Positions 19,476 through 29,863 are shown, counted from the stretch's first letter. The stretch is DNA of 64,000 nt from Candidatus Hydrogenedentota bacterium (GCA_963745075.1 CAVUWV010000018.1:1-64000); one strand, 5' to 3'. Made by a program: numbers and translations. The notes: generated from the sequence alone by a model not told the origin.

Positions 19476-19551
19476 TGGAGCGGGATACGGGGTTCGAACC
19501 CGCGACATCCAGCTTGGGAAGCTGGCACTCTACCAACTGAGTTAATCCCGC
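19476..19551 (-). tRNA. tRNA-Gly(CCC)
   Basis: GCGGGATTAACTCAGTTGGTAGAG..CCAGC-TTCCCAA-GCTGG..GGTTCGAACCC..CCCGCTCCA, 76 nt with encoded CCA. Confidence 0.97.
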
Positions 19552-19566
19552 TCTATCGGCGGCCGT

Positions 19567-19595
19567 ATTCTAGCACCTCCCCACCCCCCTGTCAA
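19567..19595 (-). promoter_or_regulatory. Sigma70 promoter of tRNA-Gly
   Basis: TTGACA-N17-TAGAAT on the minus strand. Confidence 0.8.
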
Positions 19596-20747
19596 TCGAC
19601 CCGCGGCCTTCTGGACCTCATGAAGCCAGGATGAAATGCGCGGTTTCGGGCGCCCCACGACCTCAAGATTCAGACACGTTTCCAGGCGTGACATCTGCGG
19701 ATGTGACTAGCGTGACCGTCCTTGGAGTCAGCGGCTTCGGCCGACCAAGGGGTCGAGCCGGGTGGGATCGCCTCTAAATTGACACCGTCGTCCACTTCCA
19801 ATCTCGGTTCGGAGTTACGCATGGTTATTTGCTGACGGCCAGTTCAGCGTAGCAGTCAGGGGGGTATGATTAAGGTGACATCAGAATTTTCGGGGTATTT
19901 TCTTAACTGATTTCTACTTCGTATAGGTGCAGCCCATGAGTAGACTTAAAATTGGAGCGTAGGGTCGGCGCGATTCATTTGCTTTCCGGTATGATTCCAG
20001 GCAACATCTATTTTTCGTTACACGAAACGCGAATTCTGAGATGTAAATTATTTCTCTGACGTAATTGGCCCCTGTTGCCGTCACTCTCCTGCAAGGGATG
20101 TCATCTAAAGCATGCACTCTGGGCAAATTGACAAAATCGTACGCTCCTATTTCACCAATTTGTCCAAAGACTACTGAAGCGTTCGGAATCATGCTGTTTC
20201 ACAATGAACACCGACGCCCACACGGTTCAAGCGGAATACTCCCCCACTTCCCGTGTCGGACACGCGATCTCAGTCGGATTTTGCGGGCAGCACGTACGAA
20301 GATTGTGTCCAGCTCCGTGCCCCACGCGTCGATTCGCCGGTTTGCGATGACAGGGATGATTCGCTTGGCACCCTGCACGAGATCGAATCCTGAAGTATCG
20401 GGTCGGTGGGCTCGCAAACACGCAGGCAAGACAAAGGCGCCAAGCGACGTCGTGCGTCCAGGGTGTTGGCAAGACTCGCGGCCGGACACCTTCCTACTTT
20501 GCAGGGAGGATTTGGTCGAGACCGCGGTACTCTCGACCCGCAAGTTCGAGCGTCCCTGCGAATGCGCTTCCGGGAAGAACTTTGCGGATCAGGCGGTGAG
20601 AATCTTTCCCACGTGCCCAGAACCCCCGGACTGCACCCAATTTGCCGATGCGCGTCCACATTAGGCAAGATTCCGGCCTAATTGGCTTGTGCGGGTGGGG
20701 AATTCGGACTAGAATGGACTATCACAGCCACCTCCCGAGGATTGTGC

Positions 20748-20776
20748 TTGACACGGGGCGAATCAGGGTGTAGGAT
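20748..20776 (+). promoter_or_regulatory. Sigma70 promoter of recA
   Basis: TTGACA-N17-TAGGAT; GGAGGAG RBS downstream. Confidence 0.8.
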
Positions 20777-20784
20777 ACGGCGTG

Positions 20785-20803
20785 GTGAATAAATTTTCAG
20801 TAT
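20785..20803 (+). promoter_or_regulatory. Candidate repressor (LexA-like) operator of recA
   Basis: GTGAA-TAAATT-TTCAG-TAT palindrome between -10 and RBS; 15/18 identical to the site upstream of the dinB-family gene. Confidence 0.6.
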
Positions 20804-20821
20804 ATTTAGAGGAGGAGTTCC

Positions 20822-21883
20822 ATGGCTGACACAAAGACCGATCCGAAGGGGAAAGCCCTGGATATTGCCGTTGCACAACTCGAGAAGCAGTTTGGCCGGG
20901 GCACGTTGGTGCGTCTCGGTGATGACCAGTTCGACCGCCGGGCCCGGGCTATCTCGTCCGGGAGCCTGTCGTTGGATATTGCAACCGGGGTCGGGGGGTT
21001 CCCGCGCGGCCGAGTGGTCGAGGTGTTTGGACCGGAATCTTCGGGTAAGACGACGCTCGCCCTGCACGTGGTGGCAAACGCGCAAAAGGCCGGTGGCATT
21101 GCGTGCTTCATCGATGCGGAGCACGCGCTGGACCCCACCTTTGCGACGAAGATCGGGGTGGACATCGATAACCTCTTGGTGTCGCAGCCGGATACGGCGG
21201 AACAGGCCTTGGAGATCTGCGAGACCCTGGTGCGAAGCAACGCCGTAGACGTGATCGTCATCGACTCCGTGGCGGCGATGGTACCCAGAGCGGAAGTCGA
21301 AGGCGAGATGGGCGACAGCCATATGGGCCTTCAGGCTCGTTTGATGTCGCAGGCATTGCGTAAATTGACCGCCTCGATCAGTCGCTCGAAGACCCTCGTC
21401 ATTTTCATCAACCAGATCCGCGAAAAGATTGGCGTCATGTTTGGAAGTCCTGAAACGACGACGGGCGGGCGGGCGCTTAAGTTCTATTCCAGTATGCGGA
21501 TTGATGTTCGCCGTATCGCAACGATCAAAGAGCGGGACCAGGATGTCGGGAATCGCGTACGCGGCAAGGTTGTCAAGAACAAGATGGGTCCCCCCTTCCG
21601 TCAGGCGGAATTTGATATCTTGTTCAACGAAGGGATTTCGAAAGAAGGCGATTTGCTCGATCTCGCCGTCGAGAGTAAACTCATCCAGAAGAGCGGAGCC
21701 TGGTTTTCGATGAACGGCGAGAATTTGGGCCAGGGCCGCGAGAACACTCGCCAGTTCCTTCGGGACAACCCGGAACTTGTCGAAAAGCTCCGGGCGCAAA
21801 TCATTAAGGAGAAGGGTCTCAATTGGGCTGAATCGGAGGAGCCGGAGGAAGGCGAACCAGCCGAGACCAGCGCCAAGAGTTGA
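20822..21883 (+). CDS. recA: Recombinase RecA
   Basis: [42 protein letters not shown]. Confidence 0.99.
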   Translation: MADTKTDPKGKALDIAVAQLEKQFGRGTLVRLGDDQFDRRARAISSGSLSLDIATGVGGFPRGRVVEVFGPESSGKTTLALHVVANAQKAGGIACFIDAEHALDPTFATKIGVDIDNLLVSQPDTAEQALEICETLVRSNAVDVIVIDSVAAMVPRAEVEGEMGDSHMGLQARLMSQALRKLTASISRSKTLVIFINQIREKIGVMFGSPETTTGGRALKFYSSMRIDVRRIATIKERDQDVGNRVRGKVVKNKMGPPFRQAEFDILFNEGISKEGDLLDLAVESKLIQKSGAWFSMNGENLGQGRENTRQFLRDNPELVEKLRAQIIKEKGLNWAESEEPEEGEPAETSAKS

Positions 21884-21896
21884 TACCTCGATACGT

Positions 21897-24800
21897 ATGG
21901 ACGAGCCGAACGTCGCCGCGTCCCGATATTCCCGTCTTTGGTTGGTGGGGCTATTGGCCCTGACAGCCATTGTCACGGGGGGAGCGCTGTTTGCGAAATA
22001 CCAATTGGAAGGGGTCCGCGGGGTCCTTTTGGATAACGCGCGAACGCGGATCGGCGCCCGCCTGCAAGTAAAGGACATCGACGCGTTCGGACTGCGCGGG
22101 CTTCGGGCTGAAGGTGTGCGGTTCACCTATCCGAACGCCCCCGGTGGCGAGCTGGAGGTGGACGCTCCCGAGGCGCTCATCTACATCGACCTGCTGGACC
22201 TGTTGTCGGGGAAGGTTTCCGTTGAACACATCCGGCTCGATGGCGCGAGTTTCCACATTCGGCGTGAGCCGGGCGAGCCATGGGTCCAACCGGTAGCGGG
22301 GCTCCCAGGTGGTCCGTCCGCCATTTCGTCCACGGGTATTCCGTTCCGTCTTACAGGCTCCGGGTGCACACTTTCGGCCGACAACGTAGTAAACAATACG
22401 AGACTCGAAATGACGGGGGTGGATTTTGACATTTCGCGACTGACCGGTTCTCCAACGATCACGGGCACCGTATCCGGAACCCTTGAAAACGACGATGACA
22501 AAGCATTCGCACTGGACATCCAATATGCGTCACCGAAAGACTTCGATTTCCGGGTTCGGTGCGCCAAACTGTCGGCGGATGACGTTAACATCTTCCTTCC
22601 TGCGACCCGGCGGATGATCCGGACGGGGACGGCCAGTCCGACGGCACGGTTGACCGGCAATGAAAACGGTACGATTTCGATTTCGCTGGAGTCTGCCTTC
22701 GAGGACATTCAGGTGCGGAATCAACCGGAGTATCTCCCACCGGCGACCGGGACTTTTTCGGCGTACGGAAGTTACAGCCCGGCGAGCCGTACGCTGCAAC
22801 TTTCGATGGCCAACGCGGAGACTCAGACGCTGTCGGGTAGCGTCAACGGGGAGGTGACTTTCGGGGAGGGTTCTCCTAATCTGAATTTGACGTTCACGTC
22901 GTCTAGGCTGCCCGTGCGTGAAGTATTGAATTCTTTACTTGCAGGTCGACTGGAACGATACGGTGAAATCGAGTACTCCGTGGATACGCTCGAGGAATGT
23001 AAATTGACTCTGACGGGAAGCACTGAAGAGCCCATCATCAAGGCGTCGGCGGCGGCGGATGGGGGCTCATTGGCCTTCACTCCGGCCGATTCGAAGTATC
23101 CTAAGGGGGAAGTGCGCCTGGGCCATTTCGAGGTGGCCTGGGATTCGGAAACGCGAGAGCCGAGCGGGACCATTGCGATACTCGACGGAAGTATCGCGCA
23201 CAAGCGAACCGACTTGGAGGCAGATAACCTTTCCGGGCGGGTGGCCATGCAGGGAGGCGAAATTCAGGTGGACCCGCTCAAGGCGTCCTTTATGGGGCAG
23301 CCCTTGATGGTAACGGGGTCGTACAACGTCGAGGAGCAGAAAGGCGAAGCGGCGGTGTCGGGTTCGCTGGACCGGATCGAGAAGACCAAGCTGGCCGGCT
23401 ACATTCGCAACGCGGAACTCGCGGGGAGCGGTTCGGTAAACGCGAATCTGCGGCTGAGTAGGGACAGCGTCAAATTCGACGCCGACGTGGATGCGACGCA
23501 GACGGAGATCGGGTACCGGTGGTGGTTTCTGAAACCCGTAGGGATTGGCGCCAACGGCAAGATCGAAGGAACCTTAAAGCTGAACAGATCCATCACGTGC
23601 ACGATCGATGCGTTGATTGCGGGAACGGAGGTTTCCGCGACAACCGATCTCGTCTACAACGGATCCAAATGGCAACTACGGGACGTCAACGCCACGTCGG
23701 ACTCGGTGGACGTGGTGTCCGTGGGGAAATGCCTTCCCCTGCCCTATACGATTACCGGCGGGAAGGGAACCAAGGGGTCGTACGTCTGGCACCGAGACGA
23801 AGCGAAGCCCGACGAGACCCGTTCGCAGTTTGCCTGCGATATCGATCAAATTGGGTTGCAGGCCGATACATCGGACCAGCCGATCCTTTGCAAAGTGGTC
23901 CATCTGGAAGGCGGCATGGTCAGCGGTTCCGAGGAAACCGGGGAATTGACGGTCGTCATGGACCAGGGTCAGACGCCGCCATTGCGCGGATCGAAATGGT
24001 TTGCTCCCCTGGAGCGGGACTTGGAGAAGTTTCCTCCCGTGGACCGGCGGTGGACGTTTAACCTCAAGGCGAAGACGCTTGAGGTGCCGCCGTGGACAGG
24101 CATTGATTTTGTTGGCGACGGGTTCGGGGACCTCACCGAGTTCGGTTTGAGCCACTACAGCGCGAAGGTCGAGGAAGGCCGGGTCAGCGGGTCGTATCTC
24201 AACCATCGCAACGAGAACTCGTTCGAGTCCGAAGCCGCGTGGGAGAACGTGCCGGCGAAGTACCTCATGGACACGCTGGACCTGGCGCACGTGTTTCGCG
24301 GGAATATGTCGGGCAAGGTATCGTACTCGCAGGACCGGGACGACCCCGGCACTCTGGAAGGAAAAGGGTACTTCACCATGGGGGATGGCCAGTTCAGCGC
24401 GGACTACCTGCTTTCCATGCTGGAACAGCAATCGGATTCCGCCGGGGTCTCCTCCCTGCCGCCATCGTTGCGGTTTTCGTCCCTCGAAACCGACGTGGAA
24501 TTTGAGAAAGACGTGGTGCGCACGCCGCGAATCGAGCTGACATCCGACGCGATTCGCCTGAAGGCCCAGGGCCAGTTCGTGACCGACGGCGACATGGATT
24601 ATGACATCCAGATTGCGGTTACTCCTGACGCGGCGGAGCGCATCCCGTTGTTGGCGGAGAATTTTAATGTCCAGGGGCATCGCCTGGCGCAGCAGGATAT
24701 TGACCTCGCATTCAAACTGACCGGACCGGCGTTGAAGCCGGTGAGTTCGCTGGAAGAAACGCCGCCGGTGCATGTGACACTGGTGAGTGGCGCTCTCGAG

Positions 24801-24920
24801 GCAGCTAACGAAGCCATCCGTGTAATCGATGCACCTAGAAAAATACTGGTCGATCTGCTTAAAATTGGGGGAGGTATTGTGGGAGCACGAAAAGCCGCAC
24901 CATCGGGGAGTCCCAATTAA
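21897..24920 (+). CDS. AsmA-like/TamB-like large beta-taco protein
   Basis: N-terminal TM anchor, ~1000 aa rich in beta strands, AsmA-like C-terminus (GQFVTDGDMDY..LAFKLTG). Confidence 0.7.
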   Translation: MDEPNVAASRYSRLWLVGLLALTAIVTGGALFAKYQLEGVRGVLLDNARTRIGARLQVKDIDAFGLRGLRAEGVRFTYPNAPGGELEVDAPEALIYIDLLDLLSGKVSVEHIRLDGASFHIRREPGEPWVQPVAGLPGGPSAISSTGIPFRLTGSGCTLSADNVVNNTRLEMTGVDFDISRLTGSPTITGTVSGTLENDDDKAFALDIQYASPKDFDFRVRCAKLSADDVNIFLPATRRMIRTGTASPTARLTGNENGTISISLESAFEDIQVRNQPEYLPPATGTFSAYGSYSPASRTLQLSMANAETQTLSGSVNGEVTFGEGSPNLNLTFTSSRLPVREVLNSLLAGRLERYGEIEYSVDTLEECKLTLTGSTEEPIIKASAAADGGSLAFTPADSKYPKGEVRLGHFEVAWDSETREPSGTIAILDGSIAHKRTDLEADNLSGRVAMQGGEIQVDPLKASFMGQPLMVTGSYNVEEQKGEAAVSGSLDRIEKTKLAGYIRNAELAGSGSVNANLRLSRDSVKFDADVDATQTEIGYRWWFLKPVGIGANGKIEGTLKLNRSITCTIDALIAGTEVSATTDLVYNGSKWQLRDVNATSDSVDVVSVGKCLPLPYTITGGKGTKGSYVWHRDEAKPDETRSQFACDIDQIGLQADTSDQPILCKVVHLEGGMVSGSEETGELTVVMDQGQTPPLRGSKWFAPLERDLEKFPPVDRRWTFNLKAKTLEVPPWTGIDFVGDGFGDLTEFGLSHYSAKVEEGRVSGSYLNHRNENSFESEAAWENVPAKYLMDTLDLAHVFRGNMSGKVSYSQDRDDPGTLEGKGYFTMGDGQFSADYLLSMLEQQSDSAGVSSLPPSLRFSSLETDVEFEKDVVRTPRIELTSDAIRLKAQGQFVTDGDMDYDIQIAVTPDAAERIPLLAENFNVQGHRLAQQDIDLAFKLTGPALKPVSSLEETPPVHVTLVSGALEAANEAIRVIDAPRKILVDLLKIGGGIVGARKAAPSGSPN

Positions 24921-24927
24921 GTAGTCT

Positions 24928-25491
24928 ATGGAAATACGAATCGGTAAACCAGCACGCGCGTGTTCGCAAACAGAACGACCTTTCGAACATGGCGAGGAAG
25001 TCGTGTCGATGGTGAAGATGGAGAATCAGGCGCTGGTCCGGCTGGACTTTGCGAAAGATTCGTTCGACCCCGCCATGGCCAGCGGCGCACTCGCCGTGTG
25101 GGCGACGGAGTACATCGACCCGAAGGTCGCGGAACAGGAGCCGGAAGAAGCCTATTCACCCCTTCGGCGCCTGTTTTATGATACGGTGGAGTCGACGGAC
25201 CGCGTTCAACTGGCGAAAGCGTTTCTGGCGGCTCAACTGTTGCGCCGGCAGAAAGTCTTTCGCTTGGTGAAGGAATCGGAAGAAGTCGAGGGTGAAAGTC
25301 GCGTCGCACTGTTTACGGATCGGATTAATAACCGCTTGATTGAGGTGCGCGACCCGTATCTGACATTGGCCGAGATGGAGCAGGGACGCACCATCTTGGT
25401 CGAGGAGCTTAACGCGCTTGAGGCGGACGCGAACGAGGAGTCCGCCGAAACCGAGGAAGTGACAGCAGCACAACATGGCGAATCTGAATAA
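24928..25491 (+). CDS. Hypothetical protein
   Basis: 187-aa ORF in operon context; CSQTERPFEHGE N-terminus, LAAQLLRRQKVF. Confidence 0.7.
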   Translation: MEIRIGKPARACSQTERPFEHGEEVVSMVKMENQALVRLDFAKDSFDPAMASGALAVWATEYIDPKVAEQEPEEAYSPLRRLFYDTVESTDRVQLAKAFLAAQLLRRQKVFRLVKESEEVEGESRVALFTDRINNRLIEVRDPYLTLAEMEQGRTILVEELNALEADANEESAETEEVTAAQHGESE

Positions 25492-26350
25492 GTCCAGAGG
25501 CAAGAACAATAAGGAGAAACCGGCACTCCAACTGACGTCGTATCAGTTGGTGATGGCAATTTGTGCGCTGCTGTTGTTGATGTGTGTGTTGTTCATTGCG
25601 GGCATCTTGGTCCAACGATTCAGCGACCGCGGACAACACAATCCGGTCGCAGTGAATAACTCGGCAACGCTGGAGCCGTCACGGCCGAGCGGGGCTACGC
25701 CATCGGCACCCAAGACCGAAGGCGTGCAGGTTGCGCCGCGACCCGTGACACTGCCGGCCGAGGGGGCACAGCCTGGCCCGGCAATGGCAAAGAAGACCAC
25801 GGAGCCGGACGCGAAATATATCCCCGCTCCTCCCCCACGCCGCGATCGCGGAAAGCCGACGCCGAAGCCGGAGACCTCGTCGACGACCAGCAAACCCGAA
25901 ATGACGGCGAAGGAGACCCCGGAATCAACGCCAGTGAGCGAGCCGTCGACTCCGGTGAAGCCCGCGGCCCCCGAAGCGCCCAAGACGGAATCGACGCCGC
26001 CCGTCAAGACCGAACCGGCTAAGGCCGCGGAGAGCCCCCCCCCGCCACAAACGACGGAAGAGCCGAAGACAAACTCGACGGAAACTACGGAGGATTCCGA
26101 GAAGGGTCCGTTTACGGTTCAGGTGGCGTCGTTCGACTCCAACAATCTGGATCGGGCCAAGCGCTTCAAAACGGATGTTGAGAAGGATACCGACTATTCC
26201 GTCAACTTGGTGCCGTCATCAGACGGCAAACATGTTCGCGCGTACGTGGGCGAGTACGCGGACCGCGCAGCGGCGGATAAAGCGAGAGACTCCATGCGCA
26301 AGATCGAGGATTTTAAGGATTGTTTTGTGAAAGCGCTGAACGAGGAGTGA
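25475..26350 (+). CDS. SPOR domain protein (FtsN/DedD-like)
   Basis: Single TM, Pro/Thr/Glu-rich linker, FTVQVASF..RAYVGEY..A SPOR domain. Confidence 0.85.
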   Translation: MANLNKSRGKNNKEKPALQLTSYQLVMAICALLLLMCVLFIAGILVQRFSDRGQHNPVAVNNSATLEPSRPSGATPSAPKTEGVQVAPRPVTLPAEGAQPGPAMAKKTTEPDAKYIPAPPPRRDRGKPTPKPETSSTTSKPEMTAKETPESTPVSEPSTPVKPAAPEAPKTESTPPVKTEPAKAAESPPPPQTTEEPKTNSTETTEDSEKGPFTVQVASFDSNNLDRAKRFKTDVEKDTDYSVNLVPSSDGKHVRAYVGEYADRAAADKARDSMRKIEDFKDCFVKALNEE

Positions 26351-26387
26351 CCGCCATGTGCTCGGATAACGAAACGGGGGAATCGCC

Positions 26388-27263
26388 ATGAAGGTATCGG
26401 TTGTGGGCCCGGGTGCCATGGGATGTTTGTACGCGTCGCAGCTTGCGCGAGCGGGAGTGGACACGACGCTGGTTGATCGCCAACCGGACCGTGCGACGCG
26501 CCTCAATGCCACTGGAATCACCGTTGAATCAGGCGCCGGTACCGAGACGGTAAAGGTCAAAATTGTTTCAACTGTTCCAAGCGGTCAGGATTTGATTATC
26601 GTATGTGTTAAATCACATGACACCGGTAACTTAAGTCTGAATGGCCGCGGCTCGGTCTTGACGCTGCAAAACGGCCTTGGAAACATTGAAACACTTTGCT
26701 CGGCGATTGGTAGTGCAAATCTCCTCGTGGGTGTCACCACCGAGGCTTCCACCCAAATTGAAGAGGGGCACGTCCGTCACGCGGCGCGTGGTGTTACCCG
26801 GCTGGGATCCTGGACATCCTGCTCCACGGACATGGCGATGCGCGCATTGGAGAAGGCTGGCTTTGCGGTCGAGTTGACCGAGTCGCCGGGGCAGGCAGTT
26901 TGGGAGAAGGTGGCGATCAATGCCGGCATCAACCCGATTACGGCGCTTCTGGATATCCCTAACGGTCAGATTTTGAACATCCCGGAGGCGCGGCAACTCA
27001 TGCGCGATTTGGTGGTCGAGGCGGTGAAAGTGGCGTGCATGGAGGGGTATCGGTTCGACAAGAGTCTGGTCGAGGTGGCCGAGGCGACTTGTGAGGAAAC
27101 AAAAGATAACATTTCGTCCATGCTTCAGGACGTTCGCGCCCACCGAAAGACCGAGATTGACGCCATCAGCGGCGAGATTTTGCGACGTGCGCAGCAATCG
27201 GCCTTGCCGACCCCGAGAACCCGTGTAGTCTGGCAATTGCTGAAGGGCATGGAACGCCGTTGA
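26388..27263 (+). CDS. panE: 2-dehydropantoate 2-reductase
   Basis: VVGPGAMG, VKS, LQNGLGN, WEKVAINAGIN, SSMLQD..TEIDAISG. Confidence 0.94.
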   Translation: MKVSVVGPGAMGCLYASQLARAGVDTTLVDRQPDRATRLNATGITVESGAGTETVKVKIVSTVPSGQDLIIVCVKSHDTGNLSLNGRGSVLTLQNGLGNIETLCSAIGSANLLVGVTTEASTQIEEGHVRHAARGVTRLGSWTSCSTDMAMRALEKAGFAVELTESPGQAVWEKVAINAGINPITALLDIPNGQILNIPEARQLMRDLVVEAVKVACMEGYRFDKSLVEVAEATCEETKDNISSMLQDVRAHRKTEIDAISGEILRRAQQSALPTPRTRVVWQLLKGMERR

Positions 27264-28006
27264 AACATGAACAGCTCGTATACGACAGCCCTGTTAAGTT
27301 CAATTTTAAGCAGCGCTTATCTCTTTCTTTAACCACGAACACCGTAGCCCTGGCCCACCGTATTATCTGCTCGACCTGCAAAGTAGAAGCCCGTGGGGCT
27401 TCTCAACTCCGTGAGATCCAGCAAACGCGTGGCCCCGTCATCTTAGCCTTCTGGCATGAGGTACTTCCCCTCGCGATCTGGACGCAGCGAAGTACAGGAT
27501 ATCATACGTTAACGAGCTACAGTTATGACGGCGAGTTGGCGGCGCGGGTCATCGAACATTTCGGGTTGGCGGCCGTTCGCGGATCGTCGAGCCGGGGCGG
27601 TCGTCTGGCACTTCAACAGTTGGAAGCGGCGCTGAAACTAGGGGTTACCATCGGGATTACGCTCGACGGGCCCCGCGGACCCAGGCGGGTATCCAAACCG
27701 GGTGTGGCGGTGCTTTCGGCGAGGACGAATGCGCCCATCGTGCCTTTGGTTCTGGGGGTGCCGCGCGGGTGGCGAATGCGTTCCTGGGACCGCATGCTGA
27801 TTCCGAAGCCGTTCAACACCATCACGTACTGGTGCGCGGACCCCATCGAACCGGCGCAGGATACCTCGGCGAACGAGGTCGAGCGGGTCCGACTGGAAGC
27901 GGAATCCGCGTTGAATCACCTGCAAGTTGAGCTGGAGCAAGAGCTTGGGATGGTGACGCACTGGGAACCATCGACCGCTTCGGGGGATGGCGCGGAAGAC
28001 CCTTAG
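27260..28006 (+). CDS. DUF374 / lysophospholipid acyltransferase family protein
   Basis: ILAFWH, SYDGE, VRGSSSRGG, DGPRGP, SWDRMLIPKPF. Confidence 0.88.
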   Translation: MKHEQLVYDSPVKFNFKQRLSLSLTTNTVALAHRIICSTCKVEARGASQLREIQQTRGPVILAFWHEVLPLAIWTQRSTGYHTLTSYSYDGELAARVIEHFGLAAVRGSSSRGGRLALQQLEAALKLGVTIGITLDGPRGPRRVSKPGVAVLSARTNAPIVPLVLGVPRGWRMRSWDRMLIPKPFNTITYWCADPIEPAQDTSANEVERVRLEAESALNHLQVELEQELGMVTHWEPSTASGDGAEDP

Positions 28007-29043
28007 TCCGCGCCAACGGCGAGATGTTGGCGGCGGAGTTGACCGCAGGCGGCGTCGATATCCTGGCCGCGTTCCTTGCGTAAGGTAGCGGCGATCCCGG
28101 CGTTGGTCAGTTCATCGCGGAACGCTTCGCAGCGTCCGATGGGCGGTGGGGCGAAACCGAGACCCGACACCGGGTTATACGGTATGAGATTGACGCTGGC
28201 CTTGACGGTTCGGGCGAGGTCGATGAGTTCTCGGGCATCCTGCTGCGAATCGTTGACACCATCGAGCAAGGTCCATTCGAAGGTAATCTGGCGGCCAGAG
28301 CTCTCGGTGTACTGGCGCACAGCATTGAGCAGCTTCTCCAGGGGGTACTTTCGGTTCAGGGGGATGAGCCGGGAACGTAAGGTGTCGTTGGCGGCGTGAA
28401 GCGAAATACTCAGTCGTACTTGCCACGCTTCTTCGCCGAACTGCTCGATGCCCTTAATCTCACCCACGGTAGAGACCGTAATCTTGCGGGCGCCGATGCC
28501 CAGTCCGTCGGGATTCATCAGCAGCCGGATGCTCGCGACGGTGGCGTCGTAGTTGCGGAAAGGCTCCCCCATGCCCATGTATACGATGTTGGGAGTCCTC
28601 TCCCCCATTTCTTCGTCCTTGAGCAGGTACAGGGCCTGTTCGACGATCTCGCCGGGGGTAAGGTTCCGGGTGTAACCGGACATGCCGGTGGCGCAGAACT
28701 CGCATTTCACCGCACAGCCTACCTGGGTGGAAAGGCAGATGGTGCTGCGGTCGCGGTCCCGGATGAGCACGGACTCGACGGTCTCGCCGTCGGACAGACG
28801 AAACAGGGCCTTCTTGGTTCCAGTGGACCGTTCCGATGTGGAAAACCGGACCAATTCGAGCTGGTTGGCAACGCAGTGGTCGGAGAGTTTCTTGCGAAGG
28901 TTTTTGGACAGATCGGTCATGCGATCGAACTCGAACACTTTCTTCTGGTGGATCCACCGGAATATTTGCTTGCCTTGGAAAGGCTTCAGATCCAGAGTGA
29001 CGGCGATTTCTTCGGGGGTCATTTGAGACAGGCTATTTGACAT
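28003..29043 (-). CDS. rlmN: Dual-specificity RNA methyltransferase RlmN
   Basis: CLSTQVGCAVKCEFC, MGMGEP, SISLHA, DIDAACGQL. Confidence 0.96.
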   Translation of the reverse strand: MSNSLSQMTPEEIAVTLDLKPFQGKQIFRWIHQKKVFEFDRMTDLSKNLRKKLSDHCVANQLELVRFSTSERSTGTKKALFRLSDGETVESVLIRDRDRSTICLSTQVGCAVKCEFCATGMSGYTRNLTPGEIVEQALYLLKDEEMGERTPNIVYMGMGEPFRNYDATVASIRLLMNPDGLGIGARKITVSTVGEIKGIEQFGEEAWQVRLSISLHAANDTLRSRLIPLNRKYPLEKLLNAVRQYTESSGRQITFEWTLLDGVNDSQQDARELIDLARTVKASVNLIPYNPVSGLGFAPPPIGRCEAFRDELTNAGIAATLRKERGQDIDAACGQLRRQHLAVGAD

Positions 29044-29863
29044 TGGGTGGTGGTTTAATCACGAACAGGTCATCCGTTACCTGGTCGGTGTTTATCCTTA
29101 TGTTGCGCATTTCAAAGGTCATACGGGTTGCTTCACTCGGGAACCGGGCATCGACCGAGGCTGGGAACCGGACTCCATCCACCTCGTGATAGTCGTCGAG
29201 GGTGGTGTCGGCGATCACGGCGCCGGTGTCGTCAAGACGTTCGTTGCGAATCACGACCCACGGTAGGCCCCGAACGGTGAGACGCCGCTCCGGATGTCGG
29301 CGACGGCCCAATTCGAGGACGGCGGTCTGGGCATCGGGGTCGTATTGGACGATCCGAACTCGGTCCCGATCGTAGGTCAACCAATCCACAGGCGCAAACA
29401 TTTCCTTGGCGACATCGGCGGGGGAAACGCTGAAGGGGATGCTCTCCAGTTTCTCGCCTTCGAAGCGGTAGAAGTAGCGCTCGTCGGGGTCCCGTTTAGT
29501 GGGAAATTCGATGAGGAATTCGGACCCGACGCAGGTCAGGCGGAAGGCAGGGATTCCGATCAGGAGTTTTCCTTGCACATAGAGTTCGTCGGGTTTACGG
29601 TAGGCAATCATCCCCTGGGGGAACTTCTCGACGGCCTTGAGGTCGGGAGATTCGATGGTGAAGGTGCCTGCGGCGCGGAAGTTGTGGATTTGCGCGTCGT
29701 TGGCCGCGAGGTCGTCCACGATGGCATCGACCTTTGGGGTGCCCGGGGGCAATGGCGCATGATGAAGCTGCTGACCGAGCCCGGCGCAACCAGACACGAG
29801 CGCGACCAGCATGGCGGCGAACGCGAGGATGGCTCGGGCTTGTTGAATGACCGGTATCTTCAT
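29033..29863 (-). CDS. Lipoprotein, LolA/DUF4292-like fold
   Basis: Lipobox VSGC; C-terminal DYHEVDGVRFPASV..IRINT..DDLF pattern. Confidence 0.65.
   Translation of the reverse strand: MKIPVIQQARAILAFAAMLVALVSGCAGLGQQLHHAPLPPGTPKVDAIVDDLAANDAQIHNFRAAGTFTIESPDLKAVEKFPQGMIAYRKPDELYVQGKLLIGIPAFRLTCVGSEFLIEFPTKRDPDERYFYRFEGEKLESIPFSVSPADVAKEMFAPVDWLTYDRDRVRIVQYDPDAQTAVLELGRRRHPERRLTVRGLPWVVIRNERLDDTGAVIADTTLDDYHEVDGVRFPASVDARFPSEATRMTFEMRNIRINTDQVTDDLFVIKPPPNVK

Noticed and set aside
20065..20664. 199-aa ORF in the recA upstream spacer
   Set aside because: No RBS, atypical Cys/Arg-rich composition and codon use, no recognisable domain
20270..20685. RNase P RNA or group II intron (CAAGATTCCGGCCTA; GCACGTACG)
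   Set aside because: No GAGGAAAGTCC element and no complete domain V hairpin; the similarities are too short
19020..20820. Canonical oriC
   Set aside because: Only scattered 2-mismatch DnaA-box-like 9-mers (e.g. TGTGCATGA, TTATATACA), no cluster and no dnaA; kept only as an alternative hypothesis
20678..22126. Long antisense ORFs (also 3125-4351, 12303-13580, 32748-34091, 53182-54360)
   Set aside because: Shadow frames of well-supported genes, expected in high-GC DNA
25690..26100. Repetitive Pro/Thr/Glu-coding tract
   Set aside because: Ordinary low-complexity linker of a SPOR protein
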